Positions 1 through 9,061 of a stretch of DNA of 64,000 nucleotides are shown one piece after another; position 1 is the first letter of the stretch, and every line of letters starts with the position of its first letter. A model generated the notes under the pieces. The model was not told where the DNA came from, did no database searches, and was given only the letters and a program-made list of their open reading frames with translations. Where the stretch lies: the NCBI GenBank assembly GCA_051382295.1, contig JBBCAW010000012.1, forward strand, positions 32,001 through 96,000, written 5' to 3'. Source of the DNA: Bdellovibrionota bacterium FG-1. Lineage in GTDB: Bacteria; Bdellovibrionota; UBA1018. Position numbers and translations under genes: made by a program.

Positions 1-353
1 AAGGCAGGTCTGAAACTTTCGCCCCATTCCCAGAGGCAGTGGCACTCGTCCACAACCAAAAAGTTGGGGCGCCAATGTCGTAAAGCACGGATTCGCGCTG
101 GATTAAGGAGGGATTCCGGACTGATAATCCGGATTTGATCCTGGGCGCCAGCAAGGGGTAAGTCTTTGAGTCGAGCCTGTTGTTGTCGCGCGAGCGCCAC
201 GAGCGGCGAGATAAGTAAGGTTTTTCGTCCTGATTGAACGGCGGCCCGTTCATAAATAAGGCTTTTTCCCGAGCCTGTAGGGGCAATACAAAGAACATGG
301 CCAGGTTGGGATAGGGCCGTGAGTGCCTCTTTTTGAAAAGGACGGAGTTGCAT
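1..353 (-). CDS. RecQ-family ATP-dependent DNA helicase, N-terminal part (runs off window)
   Basis: Not in ORF track; manual translation from ATG at 353: MQLRPFQKEAL...APTGSGKSL...ISPLVAL...VVDECHCLWEWGESFRPA (Walker A, DExH box, RecQ WG-x-x-FRP motif). Confidence 0.85.
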   Translation of the reverse strand, partial: MQLRPFQKEALTALSQPGHVLCIAPTGSGKSLIYERAAVQSGRKTLLISPLVALARQQQARLKDLPLAGAQDQIRIISPESLLNPARIRALRHWRPNFLVVDECHCLWEWGESFRPA

Positions 354-368
354 GAAGGCAGTGCATTG

Positions 369-1355
369 CTAGAACTGGACCGCTGGCTCATGGGATCTGA
401 AGCGCAAATAAACGAGCCCACCTATGGCACCAATAGCGATATTGACTAGTGCGAACAAGGTATATATATCCGCGCCGCGTTGGGAACCGAGTAGGCCAAA
501 CAGAAATAAAAAGGCAGCATGGCCGGTCCCCACTCCCGCAGGTGCGACGGGTACCGCGGTGACGAGTAAGCCAAGTGGTACGATCACATAGATGGCAAGG
601 AGCGCTAGATTTGTTTCACCTAGGGCCATGGCGAATCGATAGGATGCCCATCCTATGAAAAGATGAATCACAACAGACAGCGCAAGGACCTGAAGGACGG
701 TGATGCGGTGATTGTGATAGTGGCGAAGACCCTCGTAGATTCGGGTTACTGAGCTGACTTTTGGAAATCGAGCTTCGATGGATCGCAAAATTCGGAGCGC
801 GGGGTCGTGGTGCTCGCGAACCAAAAATAAATAACCATAAAAAACGAGTACACAAAGCGCCGCGCAGACCACGAAAAATCGCGTTCCCGCTAGCAGTGCT
901 GAGTGCCTGAACTCACCGAGGCCTAATAAGAGCGCCGAAGCAGAAACCAAAACGAGTGCAGAAAGGCCAGCGACTCGGTCAAAAAGAATACTTCCAAAGG
1001 CGCGAGCCCGCTGTCCGCCTATTTCTTTTCCAATATAAAAAGCTTTAACAAAATCGCCGCTCACCGCACCCGGAAGGGCGATGTTGAAAAAATTTCCGAT
1101 CAAAGTCAACTGTGTCACACGCCCTAGGCTGAGGGAGATCCCTTGGGCTCGTAACAAAAGTTGCCACCTGAGGATGCCCAAAAGAGTCGTGAAGAACATT
1201 GCTGCGATGGCCGGTCCCGATTGTTTCCAATGAGCAAAGGCCTCGCCTGTTTGGCGAAGGGAAATAAAGCCTTTTTGACTCAGGAAATAAAGCAAGCCGG
1301 CAACAAAACCGATTTTAAGGAATGTCTTGAGGTAGGACTTTTTTATGATGATCAT
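369..1355 (-). CDS. Lysylphosphatidylglycerol synthase TM / flippase-like membrane protein (UPF0104-like)
   Basis: Multi-TM protein with RWQLLL, GNFFNIALPGAVSGDFVK, DRVAGL and PVAPAGVG motifs. Confidence 0.8.
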   Translation of the reverse strand: MIIIKKSYLKTFLKIGFVAGLLYFLSQKGFISLRQTGEAFAHWKQSGPAIAAMFFTTLLGILRWQLLLRAQGISLSLGRVTQLTLIGNFFNIALPGAVSGDFVKAFYIGKEIGGQRARAFGSILFDRVAGLSALVLVSASALLLGLGEFRHSALLAGTRFFVVCAALCVLVFYGYLFLVREHHDPALRILRSIEARFPKVSSVTRIYEGLRHYHNHRITVLQVLALSVVIHLFIGWASYRFAMALGETNLALLAIYVIVPLGLLVTAVPVAPAGVGTGHAAFLFLFGLLGSQRGADIYTLFALVNIAIGAIGGLVYLRFRSHEPAVQF

Positions 1356-2053
1356 GAAGACCCCAGGGCGAGAAAGTTGTGGAAAAGAGTTTTTCCGATT
1401 TCGGTACTATAAACTTTTGGTCCTAAATCTGGATTAAGCAGTTCGATGGAAGAATGTTGATGGCGTCGGCCGGCGATAGCTTTTGTGGCCTGTTCGAGTT
1501 GGCGCTCGGGATGGAATTGAACTCCGTAAACAGCCTCACCTTCAAGTTCGAAACATTGAATATCACAAGTTTGGGAGCGAGCGAGAACCTTCGCGCCGGC
1601 TGGAAGCGAGCAAACCTCGTCGCCGTGCCATTGGAAAGTATGAAAAGACCTGGGTAACCGGCGAGTCAAGGAAGATCGAAGCCCCTCAGGGGTGAGTTCG
1701 ATCTTGCCCCACCCGAATTCACCCTGGTTGGCTTGACGAACGGTTTGCAGACCGCCGAGGGCGCGAGCAATCGACTGATGACCGTAACAAATGCCTAAAA
1801 TCGGCCGGGACTCATGAGCTGCTTTTCGAATGAGTTCGTCCAGTCTGCTAATCCAAGGGGCCTGTTCTGTTGCTTGGGTTTTGGATCCGGAGAGGATGAT
1901 GCGATCGTAGGGCAGGCAGGATCGTGGAAGATCGTCTTGAGGGGCCCTCCGTACTTCGATAATGGCACCAGGAGCTGTATGCGCCAGTTCACGAATTTCG
2001 GTGGCACCCCAGCTGTCAGTGTCGATCGTGTTGTCAATGATGAGAATTCGCAT
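1352..2053 (-). CDS. Class I glutamine amidotransferase (GMP synthase-like)
   Basis: PILGICYGHQ nucleophile motif and GVQFHPE His-Glu motif. Confidence 0.85.
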   Translation of the reverse strand: MRILIIDNTIDTDSWGATEIRELAHTAPGAIIEVRRAPQDDLPRSCLPYDRIILSGSKTQATEQAPWISRLDELIRKAAHESRPILGICYGHQSIARALGGLQTVRQANQGEFGWGKIELTPEGLRSSLTRRLPRSFHTFQWHGDEVCSLPAGAKVLARSQTCDIQCFELEGEAVYGVQFHPERQLEQATKAIAGRRHQHSSIELLNPDLGPKVYSTEIGKTLFHNFLALGSS

Positions 2054-2819
2054 TCTTTCGTATCCGGTCTTCGAGAGGGTAGGCGTACTTCAAAAAAACG
2101 CTATACGCCGCGTTGATCGAAATAATAAATCCGGCCAAACCATCTAAAAAACCACGTTTTAATAGATAGGTTTCGATAAATTTACCAAGCGGTTTGAGGC
2201 AAAGGCGAGGGAGACTCGGCTTTTTTCCGCATTGAACGAGTTGTTGGGAGCCTAGTTTAGAAAAGTTGAGATTAGTTACGACTTGATCGTAAATGCTGTC
2301 GAATGAAAAATGATCAAGCGGGTTTTGAAGGTGGAGGATCCGGCCTTGTACCTCCAAGGCCTCGTGAACGGCGGGCTCGCTCCAGCGAGAGTGCCGTCGA
2401 TCGGCAAGACGCACGAGATAATTGGGATACCAGCCACCATGGCGGATCCAGCGTCCGAGGTAGAAGGTTCGCCTGGGAATGGCAAAACCCCGGATGTCAT
2501 CATTGTCAGTGTCAACTTTTTCAAGGACTTGTTTGATTTCGTCCGCTAGGGCGGGGGGCACGACCTCATCGGCGTCAATATTAAGAACCCATGGGTGCCG
2601 GGCTTGCTGCTGTGCGTAGTTTTTTTGTTGACCGTAGCCGCCCCAGGCGTGTTCAAAAACCCGAGCGCCGAGCTTTTTGGCGATTTCGACGGTAGAGTCA
2701 GTACTTCCGGAGTCGACAACAATGATTTCATCAGCCCATCGGACGCTATGGATCGCTCGCGGGAGATGTTTCTCCTCGTCCAATGTGATGATAGTGACGG
2801 AAATAGGCAGGCGTGACAT
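2034..2819 (-). CDS. Glycosyltransferase family 2 (WaaE/KdtX-like LPS glucosyltransferase)
   Basis: IIVVDSGSTD, WVLNIDADE, RHGGWYP, VHE and RGFLDG motifs; start taken at ATG 2819. Confidence 0.85.
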   Translation of the reverse strand: MSRLPISVTIITLDEEKHLPRAIHSVRWADEIIVVDSGSTDSTVEIAKKLGARVFEHAWGGYGQQKNYAQQQARHPWVLNIDADEVVPPALADEIKQVLEKVDTDNDDIRGFAIPRRTFYLGRWIRHGGWYPNYLVRLADRRHSRWSEPAVHEALEVQGRILHLQNPLDHFSFDSIYDQVVTNLNFSKLGSQQLVQCGKKPSLPRLCLKPLGKFIETYLLKRGFLDGLAGFIISINAAYSVFLKYAYPLEDRIRKNANSHH

Positions 2820-2901
2820 GGAATTCGAAAAAACTAGCATAATGGTGCGAATTTTGGGAAGAAATGTGGAATCTGGGCAAATTTAAGGGAGATCTAAAAA
2901 C

Positions 2902-4218
2902 GTGAAAATTGCCGTCATTGGTACTGGGTACGTAGGTTTGGTCGCCGGAGCCTGTTTTGCAGATACCGGAAACACGGTTTACTGTGTGGATAAGGACCCT
3001 TCTAAAATTCAGGCACTCAAGAATGGCATCATCCCAATTTTTGAGCCCGGCTTGGAAACATTAGTGAAACGGGGTTTTGCAGAGGGGCGGCTAGTTTTCA
3101 CGACCTCCACCGCTGAAGCCGTCGCTGCGAGTGAAATTGTATTTATGGCAGTGGGCACACCGCCGCTTCCGAATGGAGAACCTGACCTTCAATATCTAAA
3201 GTCCGCTGCCGAAGAAGTCGCTCGTGCCATGACGGGCTATCGACTCGTAGTGAATAAGTCAACGGTGCCGATTGGTTCTCATCGTGTCGTGGCAGATTGG
3301 ATGGGGCCTTTTGCCAAGTTTCCGTTCGATGTAGTCAGTAATCCCGAATTTTTAAAGGAAGGCTCTGCAGTTGACGATTTTCTTAAGCCTGACCGCGTGG
3401 TGATCGGTACTGAAAAAGATGAGTGCTTTCAAAAGATGGCTGACCTGTATGCTCCTTTTGTGCGTCAGGGAAACCCCATTATTCGGATGGATCCGGTTTC
3501 GGCCGAGATCACCAAATACGCATGTAATGCGTTTCTTGCGACCCGTATCAGTTTTATGAATGAGCTTTCCGTTCTTTGTGAAAAGGTCGGGGGTGATGTC
3601 GAAGAGGTCCGCAAAGGAATGACTTCCGATGTTCGGATCGGCAAGCATTTTCTCTACGCCGGCGTCGGATATGGTGGCTCTTGCTTTCCAAAGGATGTTC
3701 AGGCGTTGATGGCGACGGGGCGTCGCAATGATGTACCGATGGGAATTGTCGGCGCAGTCGAGGATGCCAATGCTCGACAAAAACGTCGCCTTTCGGCTAA
3801 GGTTCGTGCGCGTTTTGGATCGGCCTTAGTTGGAAAAACTTTTGCGCTTTGGGGGCTGGCTTTTAAACCGAATACCGATGATATGCGTGAAGCTCCCGCT
3901 TTGACGGTCATCTCGGAGCTGACCGAGGCCGGTGCAAAAATCCGGGCGTATGATCCTGTCGCTACTGAAAATGCACGTCAGTTGATTGATGATCGCCGAG
4001 GATTAGTTACTTATTGTGATTCCGTCTATGAAGCTCTTGAAGGAGCAGATGCTCTGCTCATCGTGACGGAGTGGAATGAGTTTCGCCACCCTGATTTTGG
4101 CCAGGTTAAAACGCTCTTGCGTGGACCCGTGATTTTTGATGGCCGCAATCTCTATGCCCCAGAAAAGATGCAGGCATTAGGGTTTGAGTACCACGGGATC
4201 GGGCGTGAGCCCGTTTGA
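2902..4218 (+). CDS. ugd: UDP-glucose 6-dehydrogenase
   Basis: GTGYVG Rossmann motif, NPEFLKEG, GYGGSCFPKD catalytic Cys, GLAFKPNTDDMRE. Confidence 0.95.
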   Translation: MKIAVIGTGYVGLVAGACFADTGNTVYCVDKDPSKIQALKNGIIPIFEPGLETLVKRGFAEGRLVFTTSTAEAVAASEIVFMAVGTPPLPNGEPDLQYLKSAAEEVARAMTGYRLVVNKSTVPIGSHRVVADWMGPFAKFPFDVVSNPEFLKEGSAVDDFLKPDRVVIGTEKDECFQKMADLYAPFVRQGNPIIRMDPVSAEITKYACNAFLATRISFMNELSVLCEKVGGDVEEVRKGMTSDVRIGKHFLYAGVGYGGSCFPKDVQALMATGRRNDVPMGIVGAVEDANARQKRRLSAKVRARFGSALVGKTFALWGLAFKPNTDDMREAPALTVISELTEAGAKIRAYDPVATENARQLIDDRRGLVTYCDSVYEALEGADALLIVTEWNEFRHPDFGQVKTLLRGPVIFDGRNLYAPEKMQALGFEYHGIGREPV

Positions 4219-5013
4219 GCAGCGAATTCGGCCGCTCTGTTTGAGCTCATCCAGTCGAGACTCATTGGCTGGGGTGAAGTCACGTCGTGGATGCCAGACA
4301 TGGAATTGAAGTGCGAGTCCTTTGAGTGATTTGATTCGATAGCCGAGGTTTTGAAGCCTGAATTCGACGTCCGTGTCTTCTCTTCCATATCCTTCATACT
4401 GTTCGTCGAAGCCGTTGATGGCTTCAATCGCTTGGCGGGGTAAGGAGTAATTGCATCCCTTGAGATCAACAATGTGATTCATTTTGAGAATTTTCCGAAG
4501 TGAATGGAATGGTACTCGAACGCTTCGGTTAATAAATTCGCTATCGCCTTTGAGGGCACTGACAATCAGATCGAGATGGGGCCAATCAAAAAAGCCCTTT
4601 TGAATTTGCTCTGGGGTAAGAGTGGCACTGAGGTCAGGGCCTAATTCCATCCTGCGGCCGGCAAGGTATCTTTGGGGCTCCTGAAGCGCGAGGTGATCTC
4701 GAACAAAGTGTCGATGAGGAATGCAGTCGCCATCCAGAAAAATAAAGGTATCGGCCTGAGCGGACCGGAGTGCTTGATTGAGGATGCGGCATTTTCTGAA
4801 GCCCTGATGCTCTTGCCATAAATGGTAAGCTGGAATGGAGGACTGGGCTTTGAATTGGTCAATGACATTGTGGGTCTGGTCGCCGGAGCCGTCATCACAA
4901 AAGAGGATTTCAAAATCAGGCTCGCTTTGTCGTTGTAGGGCTGCGCAAACGAGGGCGAGGTGGCGTGGCATTTCGTAGGTGGCAATAAAAAGCGAAGCTT
5001 TGGGTTTAGGCAT
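4177..5013 (-). CDS. Glycosyltransferase family 2 with galactosyltransferase-like C-terminus
   Basis: DDGSGD, FLDGDCIPH, GCNYS, NGFDEQYEGYGREDTD motifs. Confidence 0.85.
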   Translation of the reverse strand: MPKPKASLFIATYEMPRHLALVCAALQRQSEPDFEILFCDDGSGDQTHNVIDQFKAQSSIPAYHLWQEHQGFRKCRILNQALRSAQADTFIFLDGDCIPHRHFVRDHLALQEPQRYLAGRRMELGPDLSATLTPEQIQKGFFDWPHLDLIVSALKGDSEFINRSVRVPFHSLRKILKMNHIVDLKGCNYSLPRQAIEAINGFDEQYEGYGREDTDVEFRLQNLGYRIKSLKGLALQFHVWHPRRDFTPANESRLDELKQSGRIRCSNGLTPDPVVLKP

Positions 5014-5938
5014 GGTGTTTTGGGGATGGCTGAATCAGGCGATAACTGCGGTATTCAAAAAAGCGGTGTCCGGTGATGGCTTCAATGGTGTCGAGGATGA
5101 CTTTCTTGGCATCGCGCCAGTTCCATGCTAGCGGCGAATGTTCGAGGTCCCAAGCCCATCCGTGAGAGTGGATTCGCTCGGTCATGACTTTCGGATGCGA
5201 GCCTCCATAACGTTTCAAACCCCAGAACCGTTTATAACGATAGTTGTCCCCCGTATGAGGCGTGCGTTTTTCGGCATCTTGGTCTTTTGGAGAACCATGG
5301 TAAAGTTGGTCCATAAAGAAGGTCTTCTCTTTCATGGCCTCGGGCGTTCTCACCCAACCATAATGAAAGACTCGGACTCCGGGTCGGATTACTTTGAGTT
5401 TTGATCCGTCTGTCTTTCGAAAGCTTTGGGCATCTCCAATGCTACGAGCGCCACTGGAACGCCGAAGAACGCGAACTTCACGGCGATAGGCGCTTCGGGT
5501 TTGTTGAATGACATCGAATGATCCATAAAAATGAACGTAGTCGAACAAAAGACCTTCTACTTCGGGTTCGTTGGCATAAGTCTGAAGCGCCTTTTTCAGA
5601 GTGGGCAGGTCTTGCTCATGAATGACCTCGTCGGCTTGAAGGTAGATACACCAGTCGCCCGTACAACGATCCAGGGCAAGGTTAGTTTGTTCGGAAAGAA
5701 TGAGGCCACCTTTTTTTTTCTCGGGATCATTCAAGGGCCAAAGACTCTCGAAAGTCTTAACTTTGCCTTGTCCTTCTTCCTGGGCAAATTGGGCAATTCT
5801 TTCAGCGGTATCGTCGTCACTTTTTCCAATATTGATGATCAGCTCGTCCACCAGGGGCAGTAATGACCTGAATGATTCAAGATAGGGGTAGTCGTATTGA
5901 GTGCCGTTGCGGACCAACGAAAAGCCAGAAACCTTCAT
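5006..5938 (-). CDS. Glycosyltransferase family 2-like protein
   Basis: MKVSGFSLVRNG, YLQADE DxD-like motif, FHYGWVR; lies in the GT operon; start at ATG 5938. Confidence 0.75.
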   Translation of the reverse strand: MKVSGFSLVRNGTQYDYPYLESFRSLLPLVDELIINIGKSDDDTAERIAQFAQEEGQGKVKTFESLWPLNDPEKKKGGLILSEQTNLALDRCTGDWCIYLQADEVIHEQDLPTLKKALQTYANEPEVEGLLFDYVHFYGSFDVIQQTRSAYRREVRVLRRSSGARSIGDAQSFRKTDGSKLKVIRPGVRVFHYGWVRTPEAMKEKTFFMDQLYHGSPKDQDAEKRTPHTGDNYRYKRFWGLKRYGGSHPKVMTERIHSHGWAWDLEHSPLAWNWRDAKKVILDTIEAITGHRFFEYRSYRLIQPSPKHHA

Positions 5939-6747
5939 AATCGTTTCGTTCCGCTGTTGTGAAATTCTTGTTGGATTTGCCACATTTTGATGTGTCTCAC
6001 CACCCGCGAGACCCCTTCAAGAAGTGAAATAATAAAACCGTGCATGCCGTCTTTTCGGGCGCCGTAGTAGAAGTAGTTTTTATAAAACATGGATGGAAAG
6101 GCCCCCAGCAATTTGAACCCATTGGTGCGTTGGCCTTGATTGATCCGATCGCGGGCTTCAATTGAGGTGTATTTATTCATTTTGGCCAGAAATTTTTCAG
6201 GCGAAAAATCGGGTGAATGCAAAAGAGGTTCATGAATATCTTGGGGGGGCTTTGGAAAAATCGGATACTCGTGGATATCGTTGACATACCGAACGCCGGT
6301 GCGATTGAAAAATCGGTCTTGATAGCTTGGGTTCCAGATCCCATAGTGGATCGGTCGAGCCAAGAAGTACTCGATCCGTCGAATTTTGTAGGCCGAATGG
6401 GGGGGCTGTTGTCCATTCAAAAAAAAACCGCGAATTCGCGCTTCCAATTCGGGGCTGCAGCATTCGTCAGCATCGACGACCAAGATCCAGGGATTGCGAG
6501 CTTGCTCCATCGCAAAGGTGCGTTGCTCGCGAAAGCCACTCCAAGCGCGTTGCAAAAAACGTATGCGCGGGGCCCAAGGGGCGGCGGGGTCGCGGCAAAC
6601 AGCTTCAGTCGCATCCGCGCTATGGGCATCGATGACTAAGATTTCGTCACACCAGGTGAGCGACTGCAGGCATCGTGCGATATGGGACCCCTCATTGTGC
6701 GTGATAATGGCGGCGGTGACGGGTGTCTGGCTTGTTTGAAGGTTCAT
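5935..6747 (-). CDS. Glycosyltransferase family 2 (WaaE/KdtX-like)
   Basis: WILVVDADE, IHE, KMNKYT, DGMHG motifs; ATG 6747 overlaps the upstream stop (ATGA). Confidence 0.82.
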   Translation of the reverse strand: MNLQTSQTPVTAAIITHNEGSHIARCLQSLTWCDEILVIDAHSADATEAVCRDPAAPWAPRIRFLQRAWSGFREQRTFAMEQARNPWILVVDADECCSPELEARIRGFFLNGQQPPHSAYKIRRIEYFLARPIHYGIWNPSYQDRFFNRTGVRYVNDIHEYPIFPKPPQDIHEPLLHSPDFSPEKFLAKMNKYTSIEARDRINQGQRTNGFKLLGAFPSMFYKNYFYYGARKDGMHGFIISLLEGVSRVVRHIKMWQIQQEFHNSGTKRL

Positions 6748-7847
6748 CGTGCAATTCTCAGGCATTCGGCGAGTACGGCATTAACGCCAATGCTTCGCAT
6801 GCACTTTTGCTGCTCGATGATGCAAGGCTCGGTCGCGCACCACGGCGGCATGCCGGGGTCGGCGTCTTGTCGGCAGGCGAGATTATCAAGAAAGAGAAAG
6901 GGATGGCGTTCTGGGGGATAGGGATGCCACTCAAAGGGATGTTCTGGGCCAAAAATAGTCACCGTGGGAGTATTGACGGCAACGGCTAAATGGCGAGGGC
7001 CGGAGTCATTTCCCGCAAAAACTGAAAGAAGACTAAGGACGGCCATCGTTTGTCGGAGTGAAAGTTGGCCCTCGGTGACGATTCGAGAACGGATCATTAC
7101 TCGTTCGGCTGTGTTAGGGACGGAGTGTGCCAAGGCATCATCGACGGCTTGGAGAAACTCATGAATTCGATTGGCCTCATCGGGGCCGGCTATCGCAAGC
7201 ACTCCGCCTTCTTTTTGTCTCGACCACTCGACGGCCAGCGAGGCGAAGCGATCCATCGGCCAATTTTTTGCCGGGCGACTTGCCCCTAGACCCAGGCCTA
7301 GAACAGGTTGTAAGAGCCTTAATTTTGAAAACCGTTCTTTGGCCGCGGACTGTTCAGATGCTGAAAGGTAGAGTTGGGGAAGTCTGCCGGCTGGGACATG
7401 AATTCCTAAGGCGCGAATGGTATCCATGTCGCGTTCAATGGTGGGTTTGAGTGTGCCCTTGCCTGGGACCGAAACTGTGGAGTATCGATTCTTTTGTCGA
7501 TGTCCATGAAAGTGGATCGCGCGAACCTTAGCTCCTGTTCCAAAAGACAGCATGGAACTGGATGGGCTCGCATGAAAATTGACAGCCCAATCGAAATGCT
7601 CTTTTCTGAGGCGAAAACCTAGGCCGGCGATGGCTTTAGCGCGAGCGCCACGGTCCTCGTGGCGTTCATAGGGCCAAATTCGGTCAACCGCAGGATGTCC
7701 TTCGAGAATGGATGCCCACGGGGTGTGAACAACAACGTGAATCTCGGCGCCCGGGAAAGTTTTTCGAAGTTCAGTGAGTGGAGCGGTCATTAAGACTGTA
7801 TCACCGAGTGCGCGTAATTTGACGGCCAAGATTTTGCGAGGAGGCAT
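6744..7847 (-). CDS. Glycosyltransferase family 9 (LPS heptosyltransferase-like)
   Basis: LRALGDTVL, KNWP, GNDSGPRHLAVAVNTPTVTIFGP motifs. Confidence 0.9.
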   Translation of the reverse strand: MPPRKILAVKLRALGDTVLMTAPLTELRKTFPGAEIHVVVHTPWASILEGHPAVDRIWPYERHEDRGARAKAIAGLGFRLRKEHFDWAVNFHASPSSSMLSFGTGAKVRAIHFHGHRQKNRYSTVSVPGKGTLKPTIERDMDTIRALGIHVPAGRLPQLYLSASEQSAAKERFSKLRLLQPVLGLGLGASRPAKNWPMDRFASLAVEWSRQKEGGVLAIAGPDEANRIHEFLQAVDDALAHSVPNTAERVMIRSRIVTEGQLSLRQTMAVLSLLSVFAGNDSGPRHLAVAVNTPTVTIFGPEHPFEWHPYPPERHPFLFLDNLACRQDADPGMPPWCATEPCIIEQQKCMRSIGVNAVLAECLRIAR

Positions 7848-7874
7848 TGGAACAAGACTAGCCTAGCTCGAGGC

Positions 7875-7934
7875 AAAAAAAAACCCCTGGTCGTTAGTCG
7901 AACGCTTGGCGCGCGAATAACGACCAGGGGTTTT
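7875..7934 (-). terminator. Intrinsic terminator with long stem downstream of the small secreted protein
   Basis: Inverted repeat AAAACCCCTGGTCGTTA...TAACGACCAGGGGTTTT; the A9 run at 7875-7883 gives the U-tract on the minus strand. Confidence 0.85.
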
Positions 7935-7953
7935 AAAATCGAAGATCTAAGGA

Positions 7954-8184
7954 TTACTTAGTGACATCAGCGGCTGGAGCAGTTTCTTCGGCAGCAGCTT
8001 TTTTAGCATGCTTCTTGGCGGCTTTATGATGAGCCTTCTTAGCCTTCTTAGCAGGCTTTTCAGCCTTGACTTCAGCAGCTGGGGCAGCAGCAGCTGGGGC
8101 AGCTGCTGCTGGGGCAGTGTCTTCGGCCATAGCAACAACCGAGAAAGCCATAGCAGCGATCATAGCAATAATGAATTTTTTCAT
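7954..8184 (-). CDS. Small secreted Ala/Lys/His-rich low-complexity protein (Asr-like)
   Basis: Signal peptide MKKFIIAMIAAMAFSVVAMA, PAAAA repeats, KKAKKAHHKAAKKH; AGGAG SD upstream and own terminator. Confidence 0.75.
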   Translation of the reverse strand: MKKFIIAMIAAMAFSVVAMAEDTAPAAAAPAAAAPAAEVKAEKPAKKAKKAHHKAAKKHAKKAAAEETAPAADVTK

Positions 8185-8360
8185 TTGAATCTCCTAATTA
8201 AGGGTTTTACGGCGCATGAGCTCCGTTCTCTCTATTTAGGAGGATGCGCGCGTGTGTGCAACCAAAAAAAATCAAAAAAGAGTCACTTTTCAATGGGTTG
8301 TTGAATGTTGAGACAGTGTTGCGAAATACAGCACTCATTTGACTGGGTGCGTGATCTTCA

Positions 8361-9002
8361 TTAAAACTTCGAGCTAAGTGTATAAATATGTCGAATATCG
8401 ATGTGTTGAAAGCGCAAGTGCTTGAGTTTCATGGCTGCAAGCTGGTGGATGAGCTTAGTTTGCCGGCTTTTATCTTGATAACGCACTTTTTTGATTTCGC
8501 TCACAATAAAGGATTCCATTTCGACCGGGTGGAAGCAGAAGCCCCTCGAAAATTCAAAACCGCCCTTGAATGGAATAATCCGGGCTTCAAAAATGTCTCC
8601 GCGTGCGAAGCCCTGATTGATTTCAGCATCGATGACAGTATGGGTTTTGTTGGAAAATAAATCCTGTACAACGAGGCCTTTGCGATTCCAGGTAAAGCGC
8701 TTTAACCGAAAAAGGGAGTGAATGGTTGAGCAAAAATCGCGATAGATATTGAGTTCTTCATTGCTGAAGCGCTCTTTATTCCTGCGAAAGTAGTATTTGA
8801 TCGGTGGAAGATCGACGCCAGGAAGGTCTCTCTCAAAGAGGTACCAATCCATGAAGATGCACATGCGTTGTTCAAATTCGACATCGTCTTCGTAGACCAC
8901 GCCCGCCTTTTCGAAATACTCTTGCTTGGCGTTGTATACCTCGCGGTAGTATTCGCCGGTCGTGAATTCTTCGATGATGGGTTCAAGATATTTCTGGTAC
9001 AT
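8361..9002 (-). CDS. Hypothetical protein
   Basis: 213-aa ORF with GGAG SD and globular composition; no family recognised with confidence. Confidence 0.65.
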   Translation of the reverse strand: MYQKYLEPIIEEFTTGEYYREVYNAKQEYFEKAGVVYEDDVEFEQRMCIFMDWYLFERDLPGVDLPPIKYYFRRNKERFSNEELNIYRDFCSTIHSLFRLKRFTWNRKGLVVQDLFSNKTHTVIDAEINQGFARGDIFEARIIPFKGGFEFSRGFCFHPVEMESFIVSEIKKVRYQDKSRQTKLIHQLAAMKLKHLRFQHIDIRHIYTLSSKF

Positions 9003-9061
9003 GGTCCATTCTCCGGCGGCTTCCCACCGTCAAACGTACAATACTGGGTACGCAGGTGTTT

